From the NCBI GenBank assembly GCA_964514975.1, contig CAZESS010000001.1, positions 126,297 through 172,268 on the forward strand: 45,972 nt of DNA, given 5' to 3'. Below, piece by piece: positions 9,861 through 18,685 of the stretch. Source of the DNA: an uncultured Thermoplasmatales archaeon. GTDB lineage: Archaea > Thermoplasmatota > E2 > UBA202 > DSCA01. The position numbers and the translations under genes are program-made. The notes under the pieces are model-generated. The model did no database searches, was not told the origin of the DNA, and was given only the letters and a program-made list of their open reading frames with translations. Every line of letters begins with the position of its first letter. Within the stretch, counting starts at the first letter, position 1.

Positions 9861-11847
9861 TGTGCGCTTCCTCGGCCCGGGCCTTGTTGAACGTCCGGAT
9901 GACGATGTAGCCGATGAGGAAGGCGATGTAGCCCCAGACAACCATGCCCGGCCACGACGGTGCCTTGTCCAGCAGGGACAGGTCGACGTTGCCGATGATG
10001 AGGAACGCTGAGACGACGCCCATGAGCGCCTCACCCGCTATCAGTCCGGCGGTGAACAGCAACCCGGTACGGTGTGCCTCCTCCTTTGGAGACACGCCCG
10101 ACTGTTTGACGGCCATCTCCCAGTCGCTGGGCTCTCCTTCTTCCTCGTCTTCACCTCCGGTTCTGCCGGAGATGTACCGGTCGACGAGCGACCTGATGAC
10201 GCCGCCGCTGAAAATTGGGATGCTCAGGGTGAGCGGAAGATAGGTGCCGATGGCTACGGGCAGCACGGGGATGTCCATTAGGATGAGCACCATGGCCAGG
10301 AAGGCGCCCGCGATGACATAGGGCCAGACCATCTCGCCGCCGATAACCCCCTCCACGATGCCCCCCATTAGGAACGCCTGCGGAGCCGGGAGATTCTTGG
10401 TGCCGATGCCGTAGGCGCTGTCAAGCGCTTTGACCACGATGCCGAGCACGGGCGCTGCGGCGATGACGCCGAACAGTTCGGCGAGCTGCTGCTTGTAGGG
10501 CGTCGAGCCGATCATCTGGCCTGCAGCCAGCGACTGCAACACGTCGCCGGAGATGGCGCCGGCGCAGGCGACCACAGCAGCCATCAGGATGACGACGGTC
10601 ATGCCCTCGATGCCGGTGGCTCCGAACGCCAGCATCAGTATGCTGACGAAGAGCAGCACCGCCACCGTCACCCCTGAGATGGGGTTGTTGGAGGAGCCGA
10701 GCAATCCGGCCATGTAGCCGGCGATGGCGCTGGCCACGAACGCGGCGATGACCAGCACGATGGCCATGAACCCGGAGATGGCGTAGGCCGATGAAACCCA
10801 TGCATAGATGATAAACGTGGGGATGACAAGGAATCCTATTGTGAGAAACACCTTTTTGTATGAAAGATCGTTCTCCGTCCGCTTTTTGCTTTCCACCTGG
10901 CCGCCGCGGATGCCGATGATGGCCTCCTTGATGCCCTCCATGAGGTTGTTGCGGAGCCCCCAGATGGTGTACAGGCCGCCGACCACCATGGCGCCCACGC
11001 CGATGTAGCGGACGTAGTCGCCCCATATCTTGTAGAAGCCGTCGACCGCCGTGGCAGCCCCCTCGGGCATGCCTGTGGAGAGCAGGATGAGCGGCGTCAG
11101 GATGACCCAGCCGAGGATGCCGCCGGCGAACACGAACGAGGCGATGCGCGGGCCGACGATGTAGCCTACGCCGAGCAGCGCGGGCGATGCAGCCGCACCG
11201 CCATAGAAGTAGCCGCCCCGTGACTGGCCGAGCACGTAATACTTGCCGGCCTCGACAACGCTTTCAACGCTGCCCTTGAAAATGTTGAGCGATACCTGCG
11301 AAAACTTGACCAGGCCCGCCAGTGCGGCGCCGATGATCATCCAGATGCTGCCGCCGCCTCCACCGTCTCCGTCACCCTCGCTGTCCGCCGTGGTCATCAC
11401 CGCGGCAACGGCGATGCCCTCCGGAAACGGCAGATCTGTCTTGACGATGAGCGCCCGCCGCAACGGAACCATCCACAAAACGCCCAACGTGCCGCCGATG
11501 AGCGCGATGAGCGTGGTCTCCAGATACTGGATGCTCTCCCAGGCGCCGATGACAACCAGCGCGGGAATCGTGAAAATGATGCCGGCTGCCAGTGCCTCAC
11601 CAGCGGCCGCGCCCTGCATCCCGATGACGTTCTCCAGGATGTTGCCCTTCAGGGGCTTGAGCAACGCCAGGGCCATGATGGCGCCGGGAATGGCAGCGCT
11701 GACCGTCATGCCGGCGTAGAGGCCCAGGTAGGCGTTGGCCGACCCCATGATAATAGCAAGGATCATGCCCACGAGGACGGCCTTGAGCGTCAGCTCGGGC
11801 ATGGATGTTCCCGCAGGGATGTAAGAGTCAAAATCCTCACGTGACAT
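9850..11847 (-). CDS. OPT-family oligopeptide transporter
   Basis: ELTLKA, YLGLYAGMTVSAAIP, LPFPEG.A.A, GSSNNPISG, LPAPQA.LM, GLIAGEAL; many TM helices. Confidence 0.95.
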   Translation of the reverse strand: MSREDFDSYIPAGTSMPELTLKAVLVGMILAIIMGSANAYLGLYAGMTVSAAIPGAIMALALLKPLKGNILENVIGMQGAAAGEALAAGIIFTIPALVVIGAWESIQYLETTLIALIGGTLGVLWMVPLRRALIVKTDLPFPEGIAVAAVMTTADSEGDGDGGGGGSIWMIIGAALAGLVKFSQVSLNIFKGSVESVVEAGKYYVLGQSRGGYFYGGAAASPALLGVGYIVGPRIASFVFAGGILGWVILTPLILLSTGMPEGAATAVDGFYKIWGDYVRYIGVGAMVVGGLYTIWGLRNNLMEGIKEAIIGIRGGQVESKKRTENDLSYKKVFLTIGFLVIPTFIIYAWVSSAYAISGFMAIVLVIAAFVASAIAGYMAGLLGSSNNPISGVTVAVLLFVSILMLAFGATGIEGMTVVILMAAVVACAGAISGDVLQSLAAGQMIGSTPYKQQLAELFGVIAAAPVLGIVVKALDSAYGIGTKNLPAPQAFLMGGIVEGVIGGEMVWPYVIAGAFLAMVLILMDIPVLPVAIGTYLPLTLSIPIFSGGVIRSLVDRYISGRTGGEDEEEGEPSDWEMAVKQSGVSPKEEAHRTGLLFTAGLIAGEALMGVVSAFLIIGNVDLSLLDKAPSWPGMVVWGYIAFLIGYIVIRTFNKARAEEAHSET

Positions 11848-11889
11848 TATATCGCCTCCATATCTCCTTTTGTTTTATAAATGCATCGT

Positions 11890-12270
11890 TTAGTCGAGCT
11901 GTGCCTCATATGCGGCTGGCGAGAGCAGCGTGTCCAGCTCACCGGTATCGTCGATTTCCATTTCCAGCAGCCATCCCTCGTCATACGGGGACTCGTTGAC
12001 CAGCTCGGGGGCGCTTTCCAGGTCACTGTTGACCACGGTGACCTCGCCGCCGATCGGCGCATAGATCTCGGAGACGGACTTGACCGACTCGACCACGGCT
12101 ACCTCCTGGCCCTGCTCGAAGCGCTCCCCCACGCCGGGCAGTTCCACGTAGACGACGTCGGTGAGATGCTCCTGCGCGTAGTCGGTGATGCCGATGCGCA
12201 CGACCCCGTCTTTCTTCATCACCCATTCATCATTTTCAGTATACAGCAAATCGTCCCGTATCTCGGTCAT
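11890..12270 (-). CDS. gcvH: Glycine cleavage system H protein (lipoyl carrier)
   Basis: IGITDYAQ.HL.DVVYVELP, lipoyl-lysine motif VESVKSVSEIYAP, PELVN.SPY..GWL. Confidence 0.96.
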   Translation of the reverse strand: MTEIRDDLLYTENDEWVMKKDGVVRIGITDYAQEHLTDVVYVELPGVGERFEQGQEVAVVESVKSVSEIYAPIGGEVTVVNSDLESAPELVNESPYDEGWLLEMEIDDTGELDTLLSPAAYEAQLD

Positions 12271-12506
12271 GATATCGGCATTACTATTTCACATATTAAT
12301 CTTGTGTTTGAGCCCGTTCTATATGCGGTGTTGGCAGCGCATTGTCGCCCGTGAAAAACGTGGGAGGGAGGGCAGGAAGGTAAAAAGTGTGGAGGCTTTT
12401 TGGGGTTGCAATGGTGACATGCAATCCATGTGTGGCCTGCCCTCACCACAGTATGTAACACTTGTTAATAACGTTTTCGGCAATCAGGCCAGTCATCTCG
12501 ACCGGT

Positions 12507-13331
12507 CTACTCCTCAAGCAGCCGGTAGCGGACGGCCAGCTCATCCCGCAGCCGCCATATCTCGTCGGCGACCGGCCCGTCAAACGAGGGTATAGCATCC
12601 CGCACGCCATGCTCAGTGACAAAGCCGGTCACCAGGTCATCGGGTACGGCCTCAAAATACACGTTCTCCACCGTCACTCCGGGCGGCGCGTCGCTCCACA
12701 CCTCCCCCGGCGGTTCCTCCCGAACGAGCACAAACGGGAAACGCTTGTAGGACGATGCGGCAACATACAGGGGCACGCCATGGCGTTCGGCGGCCAGCGC
12801 CAGCGCCATGCTCCCTCTCTTGTTGACAACGCGTCCCTGGAGCAGTGCATCGGCGCCGATGAGCACCATGTCCGCCTCGCTGGTACATGAGAGCACGCCG
12901 GCATCGGTGGCAAACCGGACCTCGATGTCCGCCTCGGACAGTTCCCGGGCCAGCCGGCGTCCCTCGTAGCTGGGGCGTCCCTCACCGCAGATGACTCCGA
13001 TATGTTTGTCTGTGCTCTCCCGGAGGATACGCATGACCGTCGAGCTCCTGCTGTAGGTGAGCACCCTCATGTCGTGCTCGAGCAGCTCCATCCCATGCAT
13101 CACGACCCGGTCGCGGGCCTGCCCCATTTTTTCGTATTGACCGGCGGCGTCGGCGCCGTGGACACATGCGAGGTTGGCCATGACCCAGAGCGACGCCATC
13201 GACGGATAGGAGGCGAGCACGGTACGGCAGCTCTCATACAGGGTGCCATTGTCCACCGCGGCGAGCAGCCGTCCGGCATGGTCGCTGCCGATTTCGGCGG
13301 CTCCGGACAGCCTGTCGCGCTCCATGGCCAT
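12507..13331 (-). CDS. eIF-2B alpha/beta/delta-like family protein (aIF-2B or sugar-phosphate isomerase-like)
   Basis: PSMA, LTYSRSSTV, EGRPSYEG, IGADAL, VVNKRGS..LAL.A....VP.YV, NVYFE..P.DLVTGFVTE.G. Confidence 0.85.
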   Translation of the reverse strand: MAMERDRLSGAAEIGSDHAGRLLAAVDNGTLYESCRTVLASYPSMASLWVMANLACVHGADAAGQYEKMGQARDRVVMHGMELLEHDMRVLTYSRSSTVMRILRESTDKHIGVICGEGRPSYEGRRLARELSEADIEVRFATDAGVLSCTSEADMVLIGADALLQGRVVNKRGSMALALAAERHGVPLYVAASSYKRFPFVLVREEPPGEVWSDAPPGVTVENVYFEAVPDDLVTGFVTEHGVRDAIPSFDGPVADEIWRLRDELAVRYRLLEE

Positions 13332-13404
13332 ACATGCGCTCGGCGTTCATAAAACATGTGCAGGGAGATGGCAAGGTTTATATCTCGTTGTTCGATAATC
13401 GATT

Positions 13405-13644
13405 ATGGTCAAGTACAGCACCATTTCGGTTCCCAAGACGCTCCACAAGGAAATACGGAGAACCGTGGTCGAGGACCCCCGCGTCGGCTATTCCAGCGTC
13501 GCGGAGTTTTCCAAGGAGGCGATCAAGCTCAGGATGGACGAACTGAGGATGGAGCTCCGGGAGCAGCAGGCGAACAGGGACGACATCAGGCAGCTCGTCG
13601 GAAAAATAAAGGGCATCATCGAAACCCGTCGAGGGGCTGACTAG
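13405..13644 (+). CDS. Ribbon-helix-helix (CopG-like) DNA-binding protein
   Basis: YSTISVPK.L...I......GYSSVAEF.KEAI; TATA-like tttatat at about 13377. Confidence 0.8.
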   Translation: MVKYSTISVPKTLHKEIRRTVVEDPRVGYSSVAEFSKEAIKLRMDELRMELREQQANRDDIRQLVGKIKGIIETRRGAD

Positions 13645-14621
13645 CCCGTTTTTTGTTCCAGTGATTCAGGGTTGACACAGTACCGCGGTGTCTCTCCCCG
13701 CAAGCCGGCGAGGAGATTATCCGCGGCTATCTCCGCCATCTCCGTCCGTGTTTCAATCGAGGCTGAGCCAGCATGTGGCGCCAGCACCACGTTATCCAGC
13801 GATGCCAGGTCCTCCGTCAACGCGGGCTCATGTTCGAACACGTCGAGTGCCGCCCCCGCGATGTCGCCGTTTTTGAGCGCCGTGACCAGCGCTGCCTCGT
13901 CGACGCATTCACCCCGCGCGGTGTTGACAAGATAGGCGGTGTCTTTCATCGCCGCCAGCGCTGCCTGGCCGATGAGATGGTAGGTTTCATCGGTGAGCGG
14001 CACATGCAGCGTGACATAATCGGCGGTGGCGACGAGCTCATCGAGCGCTACATAGCGGGCGTTGCATTCCTCCTCGAACGAGGGCTTCCGCGTTCGGCTG
14101 TGGTACAGGATGTCCATGTCGAAGCCCATCGCCCGCCGCGCCATCGCCTGGCCGATACGCCCCGCGCCGATGATACCCAGCGTCTTGCCATATATATCGC
14201 TGCCCAGCAGCACCTTTGGCCCCCAGCCCTTGAAATCGCCCCGACGGACCATGTCGTCGCCCTCGGGGATGCGTCGCGCTGCAGCCATCAGCAGCGCCCA
14301 GGCCAGGTCGGCTGTCGTCTCGGTGAGTACGCCCGGGGTGTTGCCCACGGGAATGCCCCGCCGCGTTGCCTCCCCGATGTCGATGTTGTCGTAGCCCACG
14401 GCATAGGTGGAAATCGCCCGCAGGTTTGGGGCGGCGTCGAGCACCTCCCGGTCTACCGGGTCGGTGAGGAGACAGAGCAGTCCCTCCGCATCGTTTACGT
14501 GCTCGATGATTTCCTGCTTTGCGGGCGGCTCGTCGCCCCGGTAGACGTCAACCTCGTGCTCCTCTTCAAGCATCGCGATGCCCTTTTCGGGAATCTCCCG
14601 GGTGAGATAAATGCGGGCCAT
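13641..14621 (-). CDS. gyaR: Glyoxylate reductase / D-glycerate dehydrogenase (D-2-hydroxyacid dehydrogenase)
   Basis: AVGYDNID, NTPGVLTETTADL, GIIGAGRIG, LVNTARG, ALDVFE.EP, PHAGSA. Confidence 0.9.
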   Translation of the reverse strand: MARIYLTREIPEKGIAMLEEEHEVDVYRGDEPPAKQEIIEHVNDAEGLLCLLTDPVDREVLDAAPNLRAISTYAVGYDNIDIGEATRRGIPVGNTPGVLTETTADLAWALLMAAARRIPEGDDMVRRGDFKGWGPKVLLGSDIYGKTLGIIGAGRIGQAMARRAMGFDMDILYHSRTRKPSFEEECNARYVALDELVATADYVTLHVPLTDETYHLIGQAALAAMKDTAYLVNTARGECVDEAALVTALKNGDIAGAALDVFEHEPALTEDLASLDNVVLAPHAGSASIETRTEMAEIAADNLLAGLRGETPRYCVNPESLEQKTG

Positions 14622-14723
14622 GTATGCCGAATGTCCCCTGGCGTTCTAAAACTTTCGATGATGCCTTGCGCTGACAATGAAATATTTCGATAAAATAATA
14701 TAGGGCGTATGGTTTTTCCGGAC

Positions 14724-15089
14724 ATGGCACAGACTTCACTCAACATGGGAGAAAACATAGAAGGCGCCCTCTGCTATCTCCTCGGATGGCTGACCGGTAT
14801 TATCTTCTATCTGATAGAAAAAGACAACGAGTTCGTGCGCTTCCACGCACGGCAGTCCATCCTGGTGTTCCTGCCGCTCTCGATACTGTTGTTCATCTTC
14901 AGCGGCGGATTCATGTTCGGCGGTGGCCTGTTCTACGGAGGCCTGGGCATATGGGCTCTCTTGTCTATCCTCGGTACCCTCCTCTGGCTGCTGACGTTCA
15001 TCCTCTTGCTCGTCCTGATGTTCAAGGCCTACCAGGGAGAACGGTTCAAGCTCCCCATCGTGGGCGACATCGCAGAGCGCGGCTTCTAG
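14724..15089 (+). CDS. DUF4870-like small membrane protein
   Basis: EN..GALCYLLGWLTGIIFYLIEK.N.FVRFHA.QS ... KAYQGE.FKLP.VG.IA. Confidence 0.8.
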   Translation: MAQTSLNMGENIEGALCYLLGWLTGIIFYLIEKDNEFVRFHARQSILVFLPLSILLFIFSGGFMFGGGLFYGGLGIWALLSILGTLLWLLTFILLLVLMFKAYQGERFKLPIVGDIAERGF

Positions 15090-15129
15090 CCCGCCCGAAC
15101 GCTTTTAACCCGTCATCCGTTTCAGGTAG

Positions 15130-16515
15130 ATGATGGGAGGACAGCGTTTTAGCACCGTGGAGGATGTCCTATCTTTTCTCGAGGACGAGGGCAGCGACGT
15201 CAGGTTCATCAACCTGCTGTTCCCGGACATCCTCGGCGAACTCCGCGGCTTCGACATCCCCTCCTACGAGCTCGAGCAGGCGTTCGAGGACGGCACGGGC
15301 TTCGACGGCTCGTCCATCGAGGGACTCGCACGGATAGAGGAAAGCGACCTGCTGGCACGTCCCGACCCGGCAACGTTCAGGGTGCTCCCCTGGCGATATG
15401 AAGCCAATGGCGATACCTACCGCGTCGGCTGCATGTTCTGCGACATCCACAACCCCGACGGCAGCCCCAACCGGTGTGACACCCGCTTTGTTTTGAAACA
15501 TACATTGCGGCAGGCCCGCGAGCAGGGCTTTTCATCGTTCAAAATCGGGCCGGAGCCCGAGTTTTTCTACCTCGAAAACCATCACGGCACGGCGGTGCTC
15601 GATAAGGGCGACTACTTCAGCATGGGCATCGGCGATCCATATGGGGCGTTGCGCAAGGAAACAGCGCTCGGTCTCCTCGACATGGACATCATCACCGAGT
15701 ATGGCCACCATGAGGTGGCGCCCTCCCAGCACGAGATCGACCTCCGCTACGGCGACGCGCTCGAGATGGCGGACATCGTGATGCTGTTCCGCTACGTGGT
15801 CAAGGAATACGCGAGCTGCGCCAACAGATATGCGACGTTCATGCCCAAGCCGTTGGACAACGAAAACGGCAACGGCATGCACGTCCACCAGTCTCTGTGG
15901 AACAGGGAGGGCAACGTTTTTTACAGCGACAGCGATACCTACAATCTCTCCGGCATCGCCAGGGCGTACACCGCCGGTATCCTGGCCTACACCGGCGAAA
16001 TCACGGCGGTGCTCAACCAGTGGGTCAACTCCTACAAGCGCCTGGTCCCCGGCTACGAGGCGCCGGTCTACATCGTCTGGGGACAGAAAAACCGGTCGGC
16101 GCTGGTCCGCATTCCCGAGTATGCCCCGGGAAAACGGCAGGCCACGCGCATCGAGCTGCGCAGCCCCGACCCCGGCTGCAATCCATATCTGGCGTTCAGC
16201 GTGATGCTCGCCGTCGGCCTCCGCGGCATCCAGGAAGGGCTGGAGCTGCCACCGCCGACCGAGCAGGACATCTACTGCATGGACCAGGACGAGCGGGATC
16301 GGCTGCACATCGACATGCTCCCCGGCACCCTGGAGGAGGCGCTGACGGCGATGCAGGAGGGCACGATCGTCCGGGAGACGTTCGGCGAGCAGCTCTACCA
16401 CAAGTTTATCGCCAACAAGGAGATACAGCTCCGGAACTACCGGGGCGAGGTCGGCCATAAATACGACGCAAGGGTCAGCCCCTTTGAGATAGAGCACAAC
16501 CTGCCGCGGTTATAG
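15130..16515 (+). CDS. glnA: Glutamine synthetase (type I family)
   Basis: FDGSSIEG, GPEPEF, HHEVAPSQHEI, TFMPKP...NGNGMHVHQS, NSYKRLVPGYEAP, NRSALVRIP, RIELRSPDP..NPYL. Confidence 0.95.
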   Translation: MMGGQRFSTVEDVLSFLEDEGSDVRFINLLFPDILGELRGFDIPSYELEQAFEDGTGFDGSSIEGLARIEESDLLARPDPATFRVLPWRYEANGDTYRVGCMFCDIHNPDGSPNRCDTRFVLKHTLRQAREQGFSSFKIGPEPEFFYLENHHGTAVLDKGDYFSMGIGDPYGALRKETALGLLDMDIITEYGHHEVAPSQHEIDLRYGDALEMADIVMLFRYVVKEYASCANRYATFMPKPLDNENGNGMHVHQSLWNREGNVFYSDSDTYNLSGIARAYTAGILAYTGEITAVLNQWVNSYKRLVPGYEAPVYIVWGQKNRSALVRIPEYAPGKRQATRIELRSPDPGCNPYLAFSVMLAVGLRGIQEGLELPPPTEQDIYCMDQDERDRLHIDMLPGTLEEALTAMQEGTIVRETFGEQLYHKFIANKEIQLRNYRGEVGHKYDARVSPFEIEHNLPRL

Positions 16516-16685
16516 ACGTCTATGCTCGCTTGCAGCCAAGTTATACTGAAGACATTGTTTTCTATGGAATATCCAGTCTGCCAATCTATATCGCTGTATT
16601 TGTATCATATACAACTATATATCTCCCCCACAATCCCTATCTGTATCACATAACTTTAAATATGTGAAGGAGTTATCGGGGCGAC

Positions 16686-16829
16686 ATGTTTAAGGACATG
16701 GTCGATGAGGCTCTTGACCCTTTTCGCCAGCAGCTTGGTAAATTTTACCCGCTGACCAGATTATTTCTTTTCCTATTCGTTTCAAACTTTCGTCTTATTG
16801 TCATATTGTTGATGTTGTATGGCATATAG
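16686..16829 (+). CDS. Putative 47-aa small membrane protein (MFKDMVDEALDPFRQQLGKFYPLTRLFLFLFVSNFRLIVILLMLYGI)
   Basis: Read manually; tttaaata box at about 16655 upstream; hydrophobic C-terminal half. Confidence 0.45.
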   Translation: MFKDMVDEALDPFRQQLGKFYPLTRLFLFLFVSNFRLIVILLMLYGI

Positions 16830-16882
16830 ACTGCTGGACTGTACTAACGTATAATATAAATACAAGCTTTTGATGTATCATT

Positions 16883-17353
16883 ATGGACATTGCTCCGTTT
16901 GACCAATACCTCGCGATGAAGTCCCGTGCTCTTGAGACCGATATGGGCGAAGAGGAATGGATAGCCGAGCAGGAGAAATGGATTGAAAGTTACTGGAAGA
17001 ATCTTTCAATTGTGGAGAAACGGGAAATCGCACTTTTTCTGGCCAGGCTCCGTGACATCCTCTATTATCGAAGCAGGAACCACATCGACTACGACGATTA
17101 CAAAGTGGGCAGCGAGCATAACCAGTTTATTGTGGAAAACCTCTTCTGGGTAACGAGGCGGCTGCTTGACGACATCCGGACCACGGAATGGGAACGAAAA
17201 AAGATGAAAGAAAAACATGAAGAGGGCAGATCCATCCGTGAAATCGCCAGCATGTTCAACCGAAGCAAACGCATCGTCCACCAAGTTTTGAAAACAACTG
17301 CTCCCTTTGCCTCCGCTTTTGATAAAAACAAAAATGGGCCCGCGGAGATTTGA
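16883..17353 (+). CDS. Hypothetical protein with C-terminal helix-turn-helix
   Basis: EGRSIREIASMFNRSKRIVHQVL HTH pattern; TATA-like tataaata at about 16855; 3' end overlaps the tRNA-Ile 3' end. Confidence 0.7.
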   Translation: MDIAPFDQYLAMKSRALETDMGEEEWIAEQEKWIESYWKNLSIVEKREIALFLARLRDILYYRSRNHIDYDDYKVGSEHNQFIVENLFWVTRRLLDDIRTTEWERKKMKEKHEEGRSIREIASMFNRSKRIVHQVLKTTAPFASAFDKNKNGPAEI

Positions 17354-17409
17354 ACTCCAGACCTCCCGGTTATCAGCCGGGCGCTCCAACCTAGCTAAGC
17401 TACGGGCCC
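17335..17409 (-). tRNA. tRNA-Ile(GAT)
   Basis: Reverse complement GGGCCCGTAGCTTAGCTAGGTTGGAGCGCCCGG-CTGATAA-CCGGGAGGTCTGGAGTTCAAATCTCCGCGGGCCCA folds as a cloverleaf; TTAATATA about 30 nt upstream. Confidence 0.96.
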
Positions 17410-17438
17410 TTTTTTTGTGCGAATAGAAACGGGGTATA

Positions 17439-18641
17439 TTAAGGAAGCGGTTCATGTACGAGCGGCTCCCGGTCCAGCCAGGTTTCATGTGTCGCTATCC
17501 AGCGGAACAGCAGGACGAGTATGATGTCGATGGCGAGCATGCATGTCGCCGCCAGGCCGATGAACAGCCCGCTGTGTGCAGCCGCGGTGCTCCAGTCGAG
17601 GTAGCGCTGCTCGATGAGCAATGTTGCCCCGGAGAGCAGTGAGATGCCGAACAGTCCGGCCACCATCCGCCTGCTTTCGACGACGTAGGGTGCTAGCAGT
17701 CCGAACAGGACGAGGTAGTACTCGTAGTGTATCTTGGGGTAGACGACGAAGTAGATGAGCAGCGTCAGCGAGACGGTTTTCCAGACGCCGAGGGTGCGGC
17801 GGTATGCCATGATGTAGACGGCGAGGAACATGATGCCCATTATGATGATGAGCCCGGTTTTTGGCACCGCCAGGCCCTGGCTGTCCAGGATGCGCCACAG
17901 GCTGATGCCCTGCAACGTTTTTTCTCCCTGGCCGAGCAGGTAAAACCGGAGATGCCACATGAACTCGTCATACGCCATGATGAGAAAGGGCAGCGTCGCC
18001 GCCAGGGACACGACGACCATGACCGCGAAGTGCCGCAGCATATGCCGGCGCTCCCTGATCAGGAACGGCGGGATAAGGAACACTGAATGCATTTTTATCC
18101 AGACGCCCAGCGCGGCGCCCGCCGAGTACAGCCATCGCCTCCGGCTGACCATCATCGCCAGCAATGGCAGCAGAAAAAACAGGACGACGATGCTTTCGTC
18201 CTGCCGTGCAAATGATGGGATGACCAATGTCGAGGGCACGAGCAGAAAGATGAGGGCGCCATAGAACGCCTTTCGGTCGTTGACCCGTGAGAGGTAATGG
18301 TACAGCGACAGCGTGGTGAGGACGATGAACATCGAAAAATAGAGCTCGAAGGCGAGCGCCGTTCCACCGAGCGCGACGGGAGGCACCAGCAGGTAGTTGA
18401 TGAGCGGCGGCGTCCGGGTGTCGACGTCCCGGTAGAGCAGGTCGCCGTCCAGGATGGTCTGCGCCCGCTGGATGTATAGCTGGTTGTCGGTGTGGTCCGT
18501 TGCGGGATCGGTGTTCACCGCCGTGTCGACATACAGTCGGTCGGCCGTGATAAAGATGGAGAGCAGCAGCAGGGAGAGCAGCAGCAGTACGAGCAGCTTT
18601 TTTCGATGCGGGAGTCCCATGAGCCGTTCCCGGATGTCCAT
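17439..18641 (-). CDS. Multi-pass GT-C fold membrane glycosyltransferase (GT87/PMT-like)
   Basis: D..LY......L.G.LLYRDV....PPL, QDE, G..IK, about 10 TM helices; alternative GTG start at 18656. Confidence 0.75.
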   Translation of the reverse strand: MDIRERLMGLPHRKKLLVLLLLSLLLLSIFITADRLYVDTAVNTDPATDHTDNQLYIQRAQTILDGDLLYRDVDTRTPPLINYLLVPPVALGGTALAFELYFSMFIVLTTLSLYHYLSRVNDRKAFYGALIFLLVPSTLVIPSFARQDESIVVLFFLLPLLAMMVSRRRWLYSAGAALGVWIKMHSVFLIPPFLIRERRHMLRHFAVMVVVSLAATLPFLIMAYDEFMWHLRFYLLGQGEKTLQGISLWRILDSQGLAVPKTGLIIIMGIMFLAVYIMAYRRTLGVWKTVSLTLLIYFVVYPKIHYEYYLVLFGLLAPYVVESRRMVAGLFGISLLSGATLLIEQRYLDWSTAAAHSGLFIGLAATCMLAIDIILVLLFRWIATHETWLDREPLVHEPLP

Positions 18642-18685
18642 CGCGGTTGTGAACACGCGCCGTGCTTATAAGTTTTCACGCCGTT

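Noticed and set aside
9861-10034. N-terminal extension of the 9477-10034 ORF
   Set aside because: Overlaps the OPT coding region and is low-complexity; the GTG at 9860 is the plausible start
12352-12478. Glycine riboswitch upstream of gcvH
   Set aside because: I could not find the conserved glycine-aptamer sequence motifs; kept only as an unassigned structure
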